Shown in pieces: positions 18,418 through 29,500 of a stretch of DNA of 64,000 bases. The position numbers were made by a program, and so were the translations under genes. Below the pieces are notes generated by a model that was given only the letters and a program-made list of their open reading frames with translations, was not told where the DNA came from and searched no databases. The stretch covers positions 64,001-128,000 of the forward strand of contig CAVTRC010000002.1 of the NCBI GenBank assembly GCA_963737065.1. The letters run 5' to 3'. Each line of letters begins with the position of its first letter. Position 1 is the first letter of the stretch. The stretch comes from Candidatus Eremiobacteria bacterium (GTDB taxonomy: Bacteria > Vulcanimicrobiota > Vulcanimicrobiia > Vulcanimicrobiales > Vulcanimicrobiaceae).

Positions 18418-21107
18418 ATGCCGGTTTGTGCCCACGGTCCGGGCGGTCCGGCATAGATCTCGACGAGTTTGTCGGGGACGAGGTACGTCTGCGCCACACG
18501 CCGGACGTCCGCCGCGGTGATTCCCGCGAAACGATCGTTGAGCGTGCGATAGTAGTCGAGCGGAAGTGAGTTCGTTCCGATATCCAACAATTGCGCGACT
18601 TGACCGTCCGCGCTCGCCTCGTCGAGCAGCGCGTTGCTCACGAGACGCAGTTTGGCTTCTTGAAGTTCGGTCTGCGAAACCGGCTGCTCTTGCAGCGTGC
18701 GCAGCTCCGATCGAACGAAGCGTACAGCTTCCGGCACCCGTGCGGGCGATGCATCGAGCTCTACGCGGAAGTCGCCGCGATCGCGGTTGGCATAGACGCT
18801 GCTGTTGACGCTGTAGACAAGTCCGCGTTTTTGACGCAGCTCTTGCCAAAGACGTGATTCGAACGCTCCCGGGGCGCCGAGAATTTGATTGAGGACGAGC
18901 AACGCGGGATAGTCCGCGCTGTCGCGCGGAATCGCGGGCTGACCTAATCGCACGTACACTTGCGTTGCTTGCGTTCCGATGTAATCATGTCCGCTCCGCG
19001 GCGCGGGATATGCGAGCTGACGCGCGTCGGGCGTCGGACCTTGTGCCTTCCACGCTCCGAATGCCTGTTCGAACACCGAGCGCACTTGCTGCGGGGTTAC
19101 GTTCCCGACGACGGCGATCGTTGTGAGATCCGGACGCCAATACCGTGCGGTGTAGTTCAAAACGTCTTGTTGCGTGATGCCGCTCACGCTGCCCGAACTC
19201 GGAACGCGCAGCGACGGATCGCGCGGCGATGCGAGAAGGCGCGCATACGCGCGATCGACCATCACGCCGGAGATCGTCGACTCGGACTGCAAGCTATTCG
19301 AGAGTTGAGCGCGTTCGAGATCGAACCAGGGTGGCCCGAACGTCGGATGCTCTTCGCCGTCGGCGAGAATCGATACGATTGCGGGAAAATCGCGCACGAG
19401 TCCGCGCGCGTTGAAATCTGCGCCGGTGTGCACGACCGCCCCCATTAGATCGATCTGACGGCGGCGCTCCGCAAAGGGATAGTTCGCGCTTCCATAATCT
19501 GCCGCAGCGGAGGCAAGACGTCCGATGCCTTCCTTACCGGACGGCGTGAACGCCGCCGATGATTCGATCTCGCCTTCGAGAACGAACGTCGAGCGGCCGC
19601 GCTTTTGCTGCACGAGCACTTTGAGGCCGTTGCTCAACGTAAACTCGGTCGGATTGAGCGGGCTGCGCGCGGTCGTCGGCGTCCGCAGCTCGGCAGAGAT
19701 TGCCGGTGGAATCGTGATCGGGCCGTTCGGCACGCGCTTGGAGAAATCGTCGCTTGCCGTCGTGTCGCTCTTTTGCGACGTTCCCTTCACCGGTTCGGTC
19801 TTCGTGCGCAAAATTCCGATGACCGTCGGGGTTTTGAGATATTTCGCCGTTACGTCGAGCAGCGATTGCGACGTAATCGCCGCTAACCGGTTGTCTTCAT
19901 CAGAAACCCGCTCGTTGACGATGCCGTACGTGTATCCCGCGAGATCGCCCATCCCGGTAATGGAGTCGCCGGAGTAGAGACGCTCCGCGATCGTCAGCCG
20001 CTTCGATGCCTGTACCAGATCCGCGGAAAATCCGTTTTTGAGCGCGGCATCCATCGTAGCTTGGAAAATCTGTTGTGCTTCGGCGCTCGTGTGTCCCGGG
20101 TTGAGGACGATGAACACGTTGAAGAGACCACCGTGCAACTGCGTGTCCTGATCGGCTTCGATCGCGAGCGCGACGTTCGACTGTACCAACGCTTGATAGA
20201 ACGGCGAGAGCTGATTACCGATCAGTTGTACGAGGGTGCTGATTTCCGGCTCACCCTTTTCCGCATCACCGGGAACAGCGTACGCCATGTCGAGAATCTC
20301 GAACGGGAACGGCAGATTGGATTCGACCGTCACGGTGTGCGAGATCGGAACTGGATGCGTCGCTTCGTGCTCGGGCAGTTTCTTCGACGCAATCGACGAG
20401 AAGAACCGGCGCGCGTGTTCGAAGACCGTCGCGTGATCGACGTCGCCTGCCACGACGAGCGTCGCGTTGTTCGGCGCGTACCATTTGTGATAATACGTCC
20501 CGATGTCGGCCGCCGTCGCGCGTTCGATGTCGCTCCGCGCGCCGATCGGCGTGCGTCCTTCGGGTTGTCCGGGGTACGCCGTCGCGCGAACCCGTGAAAG
20601 CAACGAAAAGAAGGGCGAGCTGTCATCGCCTTCGAGTTCGTTGAGCACCGCGCCGCGTTCGATATTCCAGTCGGCTTGGCGTAACGCGAGGTTGCGCATA
20701 CGATCGGCTTCGATTTGCAGTCCGACGTCCATCTTGTCCGCCGGCATCACGAAATAGAAATGCGTTTGATCGTAGGATGTTTCCGCATTCATTTGCGCGC
20801 CCAAGCGCGCGACGATGTCGTCCAGTCCGCCGGCGCTCATGTCGGTCGTACCGCGGAACATCATGTGCTCGAGCGCGTGCGCGAGTCCCGTCTTTCCCGG
20901 CGTTTCGTCCAGCGAACCGAAGTGGTACCAGACGGCGGTTTGCACGACGGGCGCGGCGCGATCCTCAACGACGACAACCCGCAAACCGTTTTGCAGGGTG
21001 GTCGTATAGATGCCCGCATCGCCGGGGCCGCCGGAGTCTTGCGGCGCTCCCGACGCAGGCGCGAGCACGGCGAAGAGGCAGACGATCAGCAACAAGGCGC
21101 GTTTCAC
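18414..21107 (-). CDS. Exported M16 family zinc protease (two-lobe, pitrilysin/PqqL-like)
   Basis: Signal peptide; GLAHALEHMMFRG (HxxEH); second lobe lacks the motif but has the SRLWQELRQKRGLVY motif. Confidence 0.92.
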   Translation of the reverse strand: MKRALLLIVCLFAVLAPASGAPQDSGGPGDAGIYTTTLQNGLRVVVVEDRAAPVVQTAVWYHFGSLDETPGKTGLAHALEHMMFRGTTDMSAGGLDDIVARLGAQMNAETSYDQTHFYFVMPADKMDVGLQIEADRMRNLALRQADWNIERGAVLNELEGDDSSPFFSLLSRVRATAYPGQPEGRTPIGARSDIERATAADIGTYYHKWYAPNNATLVVAGDVDHATVFEHARRFFSSIASKKLPEHEATHPVPISHTVTVESNLPFPFEILDMAYAVPGDAEKGEPEISTLVQLIGNQLSPFYQALVQSNVALAIEADQDTQLHGGLFNVFIVLNPGHTSAEAQQIFQATMDAALKNGFSADLVQASKRLTIAERLYSGDSITGMGDLAGYTYGIVNERVSDEDNRLAAITSQSLLDVTAKYLKTPTVIGILRTKTEPVKGTSQKSDTTASDDFSKRVPNGPITIPPAISAELRTPTTARSPLNPTEFTLSNGLKVLVQQKRGRSTFVLEGEIESSAAFTPSGKEGIGRLASAAADYGSANYPFAERRRQIDLMGAVVHTGADFNARGLVRDFPAIVSILADGEEHPTFGPPWFDLERAQLSNSLQSESTISGVMVDRAYARLLASPRDPSLRVPSSGSVSGITQQDVLNYTARYWRPDLTTIAVVGNVTPQQVRSVFEQAFGAWKAQGPTPDARQLAYPAPRSGHDYIGTQATQVYVRLGQPAIPRDSADYPALLVLNQILGAPGAFESRLWQELRQKRGLVYSVNSSVYANRDRGDFRVELDASPARVPEAVRFVRSELRTLQEQPVSQTELQEAKLRLVSNALLDEASADGQVAQLLDIGTNSLPLDYYRTLNDRFAGITAADVRRVAQTYLVPDKLVEIYAGPPGPWAQTGI

Positions 21108-21137
21108 GGGACGGTTGCGACTCCTTGAAGCGCGCGC

Positions 21138-21983
21138 TTACCGCACGCCGAGATAGTAACGTGCCGACGACTCTACAGCGGCGCGCGGAATGCAGCCGAT
21201 CAACTCGCTCGTTGCAACGGTCACTCCGTGCGCGGCCGCAAGCCGCCGCACGAGCTCTACGATTCGATAGAGCGGCGTCGACTCATACCGCGTGACATTA
21301 AAGGAAACTTGAACGACGTTCTCTCCGAGGCGCAAGCCAAGCGCGCGAAGCGTCACGAGTCCTCCCGTTCGTTCGCGCATCCGCGCCGCGAGCTGCCGCG
21401 CCACGCCGATCTCGGATGTCGCCAAGTTCACGTTGAACGCGATCAGCAGCAGTCGCGCGCCGATCGCGACCGCGCCCGCTCGCTCGTGGCGCGCGATATC
21501 GCCGACGTCCGGCCGCCACCGCGGATCGGCGAACCGTGCCGGTAACCCTTCGAATTCGCCTGCCCGCACGTCGGCAAGAAGTTGCCGGTGCGGCACCCGT
21601 GCCGCGGCGCCGTAGTAAAACGACGGAATACGATAGCGATCCCAAATACGCTCGCCTGCTTCGTGCGCGAGCGTTACGGCGTCATCGAGCGGCGCGCCGT
21701 CCAGTGGGACGAACGGAAGCACGTCGAGCGCGCCGATACGCGGATGAACGCCGCGGTGCGAACGAAGATCGATCGACTCCACCGCGATTCCGGCGAGCGC
21801 GACCGACGCATCGAGCACGCTCGCCGCATCGCCGACAATTGTGAGCACGCTGCGGTGATGAACGGCATCGCTCGTACGGTGCAGCACGTGCGCTCCGGTG
21901 GCGTGGACCGCCGCAGCTGCCGCGTCGATCGTTTCGCTTCGCCGCCCTTCGGAGATATTCGGGACGATTTCGAAGAGACGCAC
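21138..21983 (-). CDS. ftcD: Glutamate formimidoyltransferase
   Basis: VPNISEGR, HHRSVLT, HRGVHPRIGALDVLPFVP, LIAFNVNL, SELIG. Confidence 0.92.
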   Translation of the reverse strand: MRLFEIVPNISEGRRSETIDAAAAAVHATGAHVLHRTSDAVHHRSVLTIVGDAASVLDASVALAGIAVESIDLRSHRGVHPRIGALDVLPFVPLDGAPLDDAVTLAHEAGERIWDRYRIPSFYYGAAARVPHRQLLADVRAGEFEGLPARFADPRWRPDVGDIARHERAGAVAIGARLLLIAFNVNLATSEIGVARQLAARMRERTGGLVTLRALGLRLGENVVQVSFNVTRYESTPLYRIVELVRRLAAAHGVTVATSELIGCIPRAAVESSARYYLGVR

Positions 21984-21985
21984 GA

Positions 21986-23311
21986 TTACCGTAACGCGGC
22001 AGCGATCGCGCTCGCGATATCGGTGAAGCGTCCCGGCGTGAGCATCGTGCTGTATCCCAGCTTCTGCGCTTCCGCTTCCCGCCGCGCCGACGCGCCGACG
22101 GCACGCAATTCACCGGAGAGGCCGAGTTCGCCATATGCGATCGCGTCAGCGGGCAGTGGCATGTTGCGAAACGACGACGCAATCGCAAGCGCGATCCCGA
22201 GATCGGCGGCGGGTTCGTTGATGCGAAGGCCGCCCGCGACCGACGCGTAAACGTCATGCGTGCCGAGATGCATGCCGACGCGCCGTTCGAGCACGGCAAG
22301 GATCATAGCAAGACGGGCTTGATCGAGGTTGTTAGCAAGACGCCGCGGCGTGCCGTAACTGGTTTCGCCGACGAGCGCTTGCACTTCGATCAGGACCGGG
22401 CGCGACCCGACGATCGAGGCGACAACGCACGATCCGCTGGGACGAGCATCGCGCCCCGCGAGAAACAATTCCGATGGATTCTCAACTTCGTCGAGACCGC
22501 TTTCATGCATCGCGAACACGCAGATCTCGTCGATCGAACCGAAGCGATTTTTATACGCGCGTAAGATGCGGTATTCGCCGCTCGTCTCGCCCTCGAAATA
22601 CAACACCGTATCGACCAGATGCTCCAGCAAGCGCGGCCCCGCGATCGCGCCGTCTTTCGTGACGTGTCCGACGATGAACGTTGCGCATCCGGTACGCTTG
22701 GCATACTCCATCAACGCTTGCGTGCAGTCGCGCACCTGCGTCACGGAGCCGGCATACGCTTCAGCCTCCGGTAACCACACCGTTTGAATCGAGTCGATGA
22801 TGAGCGCGATCGGCGAGAGCCGTTCGAGCTGCTCGAGCACGCTGCGAAGATTTGTCTCGGCGTAGACGAGGATCGGTGCGTTGAGATTCAAGCGTTGAGC
22901 GCGCAGCTTGACCTGCGCCGCGGATTCCTCGCCGCACACGTATACCGTTGGTCCGAGATCGGCGAGACGCGCGGCGATTTGCAAGAGCAGCGTCGATTTT
23001 CCCGCACCCGGCGGTCCGCCGACGAGCGTCACGCTGCCCGGAACGATTCCGCCGCCGAGCACTCCGTCGAACTCGCGCAAGCCCGTTCGAACGCGCGCGA
23101 TTTTGGCGCCGTCGATCTCGTGCAGCGGAACCGGTGCAGGCGCCGCATTGCGCGGCGGCGTCGCGGCTTTCGCGCCGCGCGACGGAACCGTAAATGCCCG
23201 TTCGTCGAACGAGTTCCATGCTTCGCACTGCGGACAACGCCCAAGCCATCGGGGCGACTCGAATCCGCAGGCGTTGCAGAAATAGACGGAGCGTGCCTTT
23301 GCCACGCGCAC
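21986..23311 (-). CDS. radA: DNA repair protein RadA/Sms
   Basis: CxxC...CxxC zinc finger, GPPGAGKST, DSIQT, KNRFG. Confidence 0.97.
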   Translation of the reverse strand: MRVAKARSVYFCNACGFESPRWLGRCPQCEAWNSFDERAFTVPSRGAKAATPPRNAAPAPVPLHEIDGAKIARVRTGLREFDGVLGGGIVPGSVTLVGGPPGAGKSTLLLQIAARLADLGPTVYVCGEESAAQVKLRAQRLNLNAPILVYAETNLRSVLEQLERLSPIALIIDSIQTVWLPEAEAYAGSVTQVRDCTQALMEYAKRTGCATFIVGHVTKDGAIAGPRLLEHLVDTVLYFEGETSGEYRILRAYKNRFGSIDEICVFAMHESGLDEVENPSELFLAGRDARPSGSCVVASIVGSRPVLIEVQALVGETSYGTPRRLANNLDQARLAMILAVLERRVGMHLGTHDVYASVAGGLRINEPAADLGIALAIASSFRNMPLPADAIAYGELGLSGELRAVGASARREAEAQKLGYSTMLTPGRFTDIASAIAAALR

Positions 23312-23364
23312 GCTTTTGCCGCACGGGGTGGAGTTGCCTGGAACGGCGAAACGGCCGCTCGATC

Positions 23365-24078
23365 ATGAGCCTTCCTCCGCACCTGCAGATTGCGATCGAC
23401 GGTCCCGCCGCATCGGGGAAAACCACGGTCGCGCATCGGCTCGCGGAACGGCTGCAGATTCTGTATCTCGATACGGGTGCGATGTACCGGACGCTCGCGC
23501 ATCTCGCGTTGCAGACACGCACCGATGCGGATAATGAAGGCGCGCTCGTCCGTTTGTGGGACGGCGCGCACGTTCACATCGAGCTCGACGCGTCGTCGCC
23601 GCTCGGGTTTCGCATTGATGCGGGCGGGCGCGACATCGACGAACGTATTTTGCAATCGAACGAAGTGACCGCAATCGTTTCGACCGTCGCGGCGCATCCG
23701 CGCGTCCGCGACGCGATGATATGCAGCCAACGCGACGTCGCGGCGCGTGGCGCGGTCGTCATGGCCGGACGTGACATCGGAACCGTCGTGTTGCCGCTCG
23801 CCCAGGTGAAAATCTTTCTGACCGCATCGGTTGAAACTCGCGTGGCGCGCCGTCGCGCACAATTATTCGAAGCGGGCGTCGACGTGAACATCCATCAGCT
23901 CGCACAGGAGATTGAAGAGCGCGACCGCCTCGATCGCGAGCGCGCCGCGTCGCCGCTCGTGCCTGCGCCCGATGCGCACGCGATCGATTCCAGTACGATC
24001 GACGCCGACGCGGTTGTTGCGGAAATCATCCAGATCGTGCGCAACGTGCAGGCCAACGGCGGTCAGGTCATCGCGTGA
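23365..24078 (+). CDS. cmk: Cytidylate kinase
   Basis: IAIDGPAASGKTT, LDTGAMYR, GRDIGTVVLP. Confidence 0.95.
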   Translation: MSLPPHLQIAIDGPAASGKTTVAHRLAERLQILYLDTGAMYRTLAHLALQTRTDADNEGALVRLWDGAHVHIELDASSPLGFRIDAGGRDIDERILQSNEVTAIVSTVAAHPRVRDAMICSQRDVAARGAVVMAGRDIGTVVLPLAQVKIFLTASVETRVARRRAQLFEAGVDVNIHQLAQEIEERDRLDRERAASPLVPAPDAHAIDSSTIDADAVVAEIIQIVRNVQANGGQVIA

Positions 24079-24680
24079 ACCTCCTCTACGCCTTTGCGCG
24101 TTCTTCGATCCGGCTGTACAGCGAATTGGTTTGGAATGCGAAAGGGCTCGGCACCGAAAGCGTCCCCCGGACCGGTCCGTTGATCATCGCCTGCAATCAC
24201 ATCTCGCTGCTCGATCCGCCGGTCATGGGCAGCTTCGTTCCGCGCCCCGTCTGGTACATGGCGAAAAAGGAACTCTTCGAGATTCCCGGACTCGGTCAAC
24301 TGATCCGCGCCGTCGGCGCGTATCCGATCGACCGTGAGGGAAGCGCCGCATCAGCGATTAAGCGCTCCGTCGAGATGTTGCGTGATGGCAAGTGCATTGG
24401 CATTTTCCCGGAAGGCGGACGCAACGCTGAGGGCGACAAGGCGGCCCGCGCGGGCGTTGCGCTCTTGGCCTCGCTCGGCAAGGCGCCCGTCGTCCCGGCG
24501 GCCGTCGTGGGCACGAATTTGAAGAAAAAGCGGAATAACGTCAAGGTCGCATTCGCGAAGCCGCTCGCACTGCCGTCCGACCGGAAAGCAACCCGCGAAG
24601 AATTGGCGAAGTTTACCGACACGGTTATGAGCGCAATTTACGCGCTCGCGAGGGATATTGGTGGAAATTCGCAAGGCTAA
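24075..24680 (+). CDS. plsC: 1-acyl-sn-glycerol-3-phosphate acyltransferase
   Basis: NHISLLDP (HxxxxD), MAKKELF, FPEG. Confidence 0.9.
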   Translation: MNLLYAFARSSIRLYSELVWNAKGLGTESVPRTGPLIIACNHISLLDPPVMGSFVPRPVWYMAKKELFEIPGLGQLIRAVGAYPIDREGSAASAIKRSVEMLRDGKCIGIFPEGGRNAEGDKAARAGVALLASLGKAPVVPAAVVGTNLKKKRNNVKVAFAKPLALPSDRKATREELAKFTDTVMSAIYALARDIGGNSQG

Positions 24681-25503
24681 AGTTCAAGGTTTCTGCTTCG
24701 GCGTCGCGATCACGGTGAAGAAAGCCGAAGAGGCGATCGAATCGCGTAGCGACGTGACGACACTCGGCCATGTCGTGCACAACCCGCAAATGGTGCAATC
24801 GCTCGAACAGCGCGGCCTCCGCAATGCGCACTCGGTTGACGAAGTGGACGGCGGTGCGCTCTTCGTTCGCGCGCACGGGTTGCCGGTGGATGTCTTTGAG
24901 AAAGCCTCGCAAAAGGGCCTCGAAGTCATCGATGCGACCTGCCCGATGGTCACGAAGATTCACGTGCAGGCCGAACGCCTAAAAGCCGACGGCTATAAAA
25001 TCATCGTGGTCGGCGACCCGAAACATCCGGAAGTCAAAGGAACGCTGAGCCATGTTCCGGGCGCGTGGTGCATTGAAACGGTGGAAGATATCGAAAAACT
25101 TCCGCGCAGCAGCAGAGTCGGTGTCGTCGTCCAGTCGACGTATTCGCGCGAACGCTTCAGCGAGATCGTGAAAGCGCTTTCGGAAAAGTATTATGAAGTG
25201 CGCGCGGTCAACACGATCTGCACCGACACGAACAATCGCCAAACCGAAGCGCTGAGACTCGCCGGTGAAGTTGAGGTCATGGTCGTGGTCGGCGGCAAAA
25301 CTTCCGCAAACACCAAGCATCTCGCCGAACTTGCCGAGACGCACGGTGCGCATTCGTATCACATCGAAGGGCCGGACGAGCTGCGTGCAGAGTGGTTCGA
25401 CGGCATAACCGTCGCCGGACTGATGTCCGGCGCCTCGACACCGGGTTGGCTCGTCGATCGAGTTGAGCAGCGAATGGAGGAGCTCACCCGTCAGCCGGTT
25501 TAG
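24658..25503 (+). CDS. ispH: 4-hydroxy-3-methylbut-2-enyl diphosphate reductase
   Basis: GFCFGV, VHN, RAHG, DATCP, HPEV, NTIC, SANT, GASTP. Confidence 0.95.
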   Translation: MVEIRKAKVQGFCFGVAITVKKAEEAIESRSDVTTLGHVVHNPQMVQSLEQRGLRNAHSVDEVDGGALFVRAHGLPVDVFEKASQKGLEVIDATCPMVTKIHVQAERLKADGYKIIVVGDPKHPEVKGTLSHVPGAWCIETVEDIEKLPRSSRVGVVVQSTYSRERFSEIVKALSEKYYEVRAVNTICTDTNNRQTEALRLAGEVEVMVVVGGKTSANTKHLAELAETHGAHSYHIEGPDELRAEWFDGITVAGLMSGASTPGWLVDRVEQRMEELTRQPV

Positions 25504-26491
25504 TTTCGAGGCCCTTGACGGGCCGTGTGAGCCTTTTGAAGCTCATCTGGAACGGCGAGTAACCGAGTATCGGGGATCCTCTTTGATCTCCGATATGCTT
25601 TTCTACCACTTCGCATACGGTGACTATGGTCCGGCGCGTCCCGGCAAACGGCTGCGCCCGCAACTCGTGATGCGGGCGGCGCTCAGCGAAGGCGCGGATC
25701 TCGACGATGCGCTCGATGCGGCGGTTGCCGTCGAACTGCTGCATAACTATTCACTCGTCCACGATGACATCGAAGACGGCGACGAACTGCGCCGCGGGCG
25801 GCGCACGCTGTGGAGCGTCTACGGCGTTGCCCAGGCGATCAACACCGGCGACGCGCTTTGCGCGCTGACTTTTTTGACGATGCTCAAGTCGCGGGAACGC
25901 CACCCGTTCGAACGCGTCGTTTCGATGATGGGCATGCTGCATGAAGCGCACGCCGTCATGTGCGATGGACAGTCGCTCGATCTCCACTTCGAGACCGTCT
26001 CGCAAGTCGACGTCGCGCGTTACTACGACATGATCGGTGCGAAGACGGCGGCGCTCTTCGAAGTCTCTTGCATGCTCGGTGCGCAGTGCGCACATGCCGA
26101 CGGCGAGACGATTCGCGCATACGGCAAGATCGGTCGCGCGTACGGTACGGCATTTCAGATCCGAGACGACATGCTGGGCGTGTGGGCGACGGCCGATGCG
26201 ACCGGGAAAATCGCGCTGAACGACTTGGCGCGGCGCAAGTGGACGTTTCCGATCGTCTGGGCTCTGGCGCAGCCACCGTCGGCGGCGCGCGATGCGGTCG
26301 CGCAGGCCTATGGAAGCGGCGGCGCGCTAAGCCCCGATTCGGTATCCCGCGTTATGGACGCGCTGCAAGCGCTGCGAGCACGAGAGGCGGCGGCGCGTGC
26401 GGTCGAAGAACAAGTGGCCGTCGTGGAGCGAGCGCATGCGATTGCGCTCCGCGAATACATGCTCAATACGCTAGCCGCAAGCGTCGGCTAA
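25463..26491 (+). CDS. Trans-polyprenyl diphosphate synthase (GGPP synthase-like); start uncertain
   Basis: GKRLRP, LVHDDIED, RRG, GQ, KT, FQIRDD. Confidence 0.9.
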   Translation: MSSEWRSSPVSRFSFEALDGPCEPFEAHLERRVTEYRGSSLISDMLFYHFAYGDYGPARPGKRLRPQLVMRAALSEGADLDDALDAAVAVELLHNYSLVHDDIEDGDELRRGRRTLWSVYGVAQAINTGDALCALTFLTMLKSRERHPFERVVSMMGMLHEAHAVMCDGQSLDLHFETVSQVDVARYYDMIGAKTAALFEVSCMLGAQCAHADGETIRAYGKIGRAYGTAFQIRDDMLGVWATADATGKIALNDLARRKWTFPIVWALAQPPSAARDAVAQAYGSGGALSPDSVSRVMDALQALRAREAAARAVEEQVAVVERAHAIALREYMLNTLAASVG

Positions 26492-26510
26492 CCGGAGGAT
26501 ACACCACTTC

Positions 26511-29500
26511 GTGAAGGTCATGACGAACGACCAGCCGTCCGTCTGGGAACGCACGTACCCTTGGGCGCTTCCGGCGTTGCTGTTGCTCGGCTTCGTCGTG
26601 CGCATGCTCTTCGTGCGTTCGTCGGGTTTTCAAACCGATGTCAGCACGTTTGAAGCGTGGGCGATATCGGTTCATGAAAACGGCCTCGCGAACTTCTATG
26701 CAAAGACGAGTTTTGCCGATTACCCGCCGGGCTATTTATATATTCTAGGGTTGATCGGCGCACTGTGGGCGCCGTTCCGTGCGCACGATCCGGGGTACGC
26801 GATGCTCGGCGTGCTCGTGAAGATGCCGTCGATCCTGGCCGATCTCGGCGTCGGCGCGCTGCTCTTCGCGCTCGGACGGCGCTTCGCGGCGCCGGCAATT
26901 GCCTTTGGCGCCGCAGCGTTGTACGTCTTCAATCCCGCAACGATCTTCAATTCGGCTGATTGGGGACAGATCGACTCGGTGTCGGCTGGTCTCGCGCTGC
27001 TTGCCGCGTTCTTTCTGTTGAAAAGCGACGATTCGCCGGCGGAGCGCCTGTCCTGGCAAATCCCCGTAGCTTGGGTTACGTTTGCATATTCGCTGCTGAT
27101 CAAGCCACAGGCTGCCGTGCTGATTCCGATCTTTATTGCCTTTGCATTTACGGATCGCGAGCGTATGCGTTCGCGCGTCGCCGGAACCGCCATCGGGATC
27201 GTCGCGGCGTGTATCTTTGCGATCCTCTTGGTCGAGCCGTTCCATCCGTCGAATCCGATTGCTGCTCTCGGTTGGCTATTGCAGCGATACTCCGTCGGAT
27301 CGGCGGTTTACGACTACAATACCGTCAACGCGTTCAATTTGTGGGCGCTTCGCGGCGATCTTTGGGAGAAAGATTCGCAGCCGATCGTCGGTTTGGCGCA
27401 ATACGTTTGGGGCATCGGACTCGTCATTGCCGCGCTTGCCTTGATCGTGTGGCGCTACGTGCAAGAGCGCACGCCGGCGTCACTCTTGGAGTCCTCGGCC
27501 CTTGCGCTGCTGGCGTTCTTCGTGCTCGCGACGCGCATGCACGAGCGGTATATCTTCGACGGCATGCTGTTTTCCGTTGCATGCATTCCGATTGCGCGTC
27601 GCTATGTTTGGGGCTCGATCGTGCTCTCGATCGTGCTCTTTGCGAACCTACTCTATTCGCTGCAATATCTCTTGGCGGTAACGGGCGGTATGCCGGGCGC
27701 AAATCCGCACAATCTGTGGGGAGTCGGGACGCAATTCTTTGCGGTGCTCGCCGTTGGAACGTTCTTTTTGCTTGGCTGGGCGTATCTCGGCGGCAGCACG
27801 GAACGCGACGAGTCGCTCGGAGTGCGCCCTCCGCACGATGCGGCTGCAACGCAGCCGCGGTCGTGGTGGCGCGCGCTCGATTATTTCGATCCGCGCGAAG
27901 GCTTGGCGGTGATGCGCAAACCGCTGGACTACGTGGTGATGGGCTCGCTCGGCGCCGCGAGTTTCATCGTCTCCTACATCAACTATTGGTATCCGCCGAC
28001 CAAGGTTTTCGACGAGATCTACTTCGCGCGCGCTGCGGAAGAGTACCTCAAAAACATGCGCATTTACGAAAATACGCATCCGCCGCTCTCGAAGCTGCTC
28101 GTCACGCTCTCCGTCTTACTGTTCGGCGGCCTCGGTCATGGCGACAATTCGTACGGATGGCGTTTTCTCGACGTTGTTTTCGGTGCGCTGGTTGTAATGC
28201 TGCTGTACGTTTTCGCCAAGCGCGTGACGAAATCGACGATCTTCGCGACGATTGCGGCCGCATTTCTGTTTTTTGACGGCATGCATTTCGTGCAATCGCG
28301 CATTGCCACGCCGGAAGGCTTCGTCGTATTTTTCTCGCTCGCGGCGGTTTATGCTTTCTACCGGTTCCTGATCGCGTCGCAAGTGGAGGAACGCGAGCAT
28401 GTCGCCGTACCCGGCTTCGCGTTCGGCGCCGGCGTCGCGGTTTCGCTCGTCATCGGATTAATTGCGGTCCTCGTCTGGGATTTGGTTTGGACCCACATGC
28501 CGAATCCGTCGAAGCTCGATTTGCCGACGTCGATCGTTATTGCCCTTTACGTTGCGCTCGGCGTGTACTTACTCGTGCGCTACGTTGCATTTCCGAAGAT
28601 CTACGCGGATGGAACGACGGAACAAACCTATGCCGACGGCTCATATGCGCTCGTCGATGCGCAGCGCCACGCCGTCTTCGCGGTCGACGGCGGCGCAATC
28701 GAGAGCGCACCCGGCGGTAAAGCGAAGATCCGTAACGGGCCGTATTCGCAAAATCGTGCGGGTGCGCTCGAGTATGTCGACGGCGACGTCACGTTGACGT
28801 ACCGGACGGAACCGAGCGTCACGTACGGCTCGCCCGCGGGCCGCGTCGTGTACGCGAATAATGAAGTGCATGCGGACGCTGAGGTGGAGCAAGGTAAGTC
28901 GGCAAAACTGTGGCTCCTCGCATTCACGATCGCACTCGGTCTGCTCGTGAGCTCGAAGTGGTACGGCGTGATGGGTTTCGGCGTGAGCTTCATCGCGTTG
29001 ATTTTTGTGTCGTTACAGCGCTTCTTCCGGCGCGGCCGTATTGCGCTGTGGGGCAACCCGCGCGGATTCCGCTTGGACGGCGCGCTCGTCACTATTCTTT
29101 TCGTCGCAGCGACGGTTTACGGGCTCGTTTGGATTCCCGATCTCGTCCGGCAATCACCCGATCCCAATGAGATTCACAACATCAACGACGTCGTTGCGCG
29201 TCAGTACTCGATGTTCGAATATCACGACACGCTCAAAGCCACGCATCCGTATTCGTCAAAGTGGTGGGAGTGGCCGCTCGACTACGTCCCCATCGCCTAC
29301 TATTATCAGGACAATCGAGCGAACAAGAGCGACGACCACGGCTGTTGCGTCGAAGAGATCACCTCGATGCCCAATCCGTTCAATATGTGGTTAGGACTCG
29401 TGTGCGTCCCCATCGTCGCGTTTCTTGCTTGGCGAGAACGCAACAAAGCCTATGCGCTGATCGTGCTGACGTATCTGCTGCAGTGGCTACCGTGGATGAG

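Noticed and set aside
26960..28276. Long alternative-frame or antisense ORFs (also 3964-5214, 8544-9680, 30314-31645, 51813-52976, 54286-55584)
   Set aside because: Arg-rich shadow ORFs over well-supported genes, expected at this GC content
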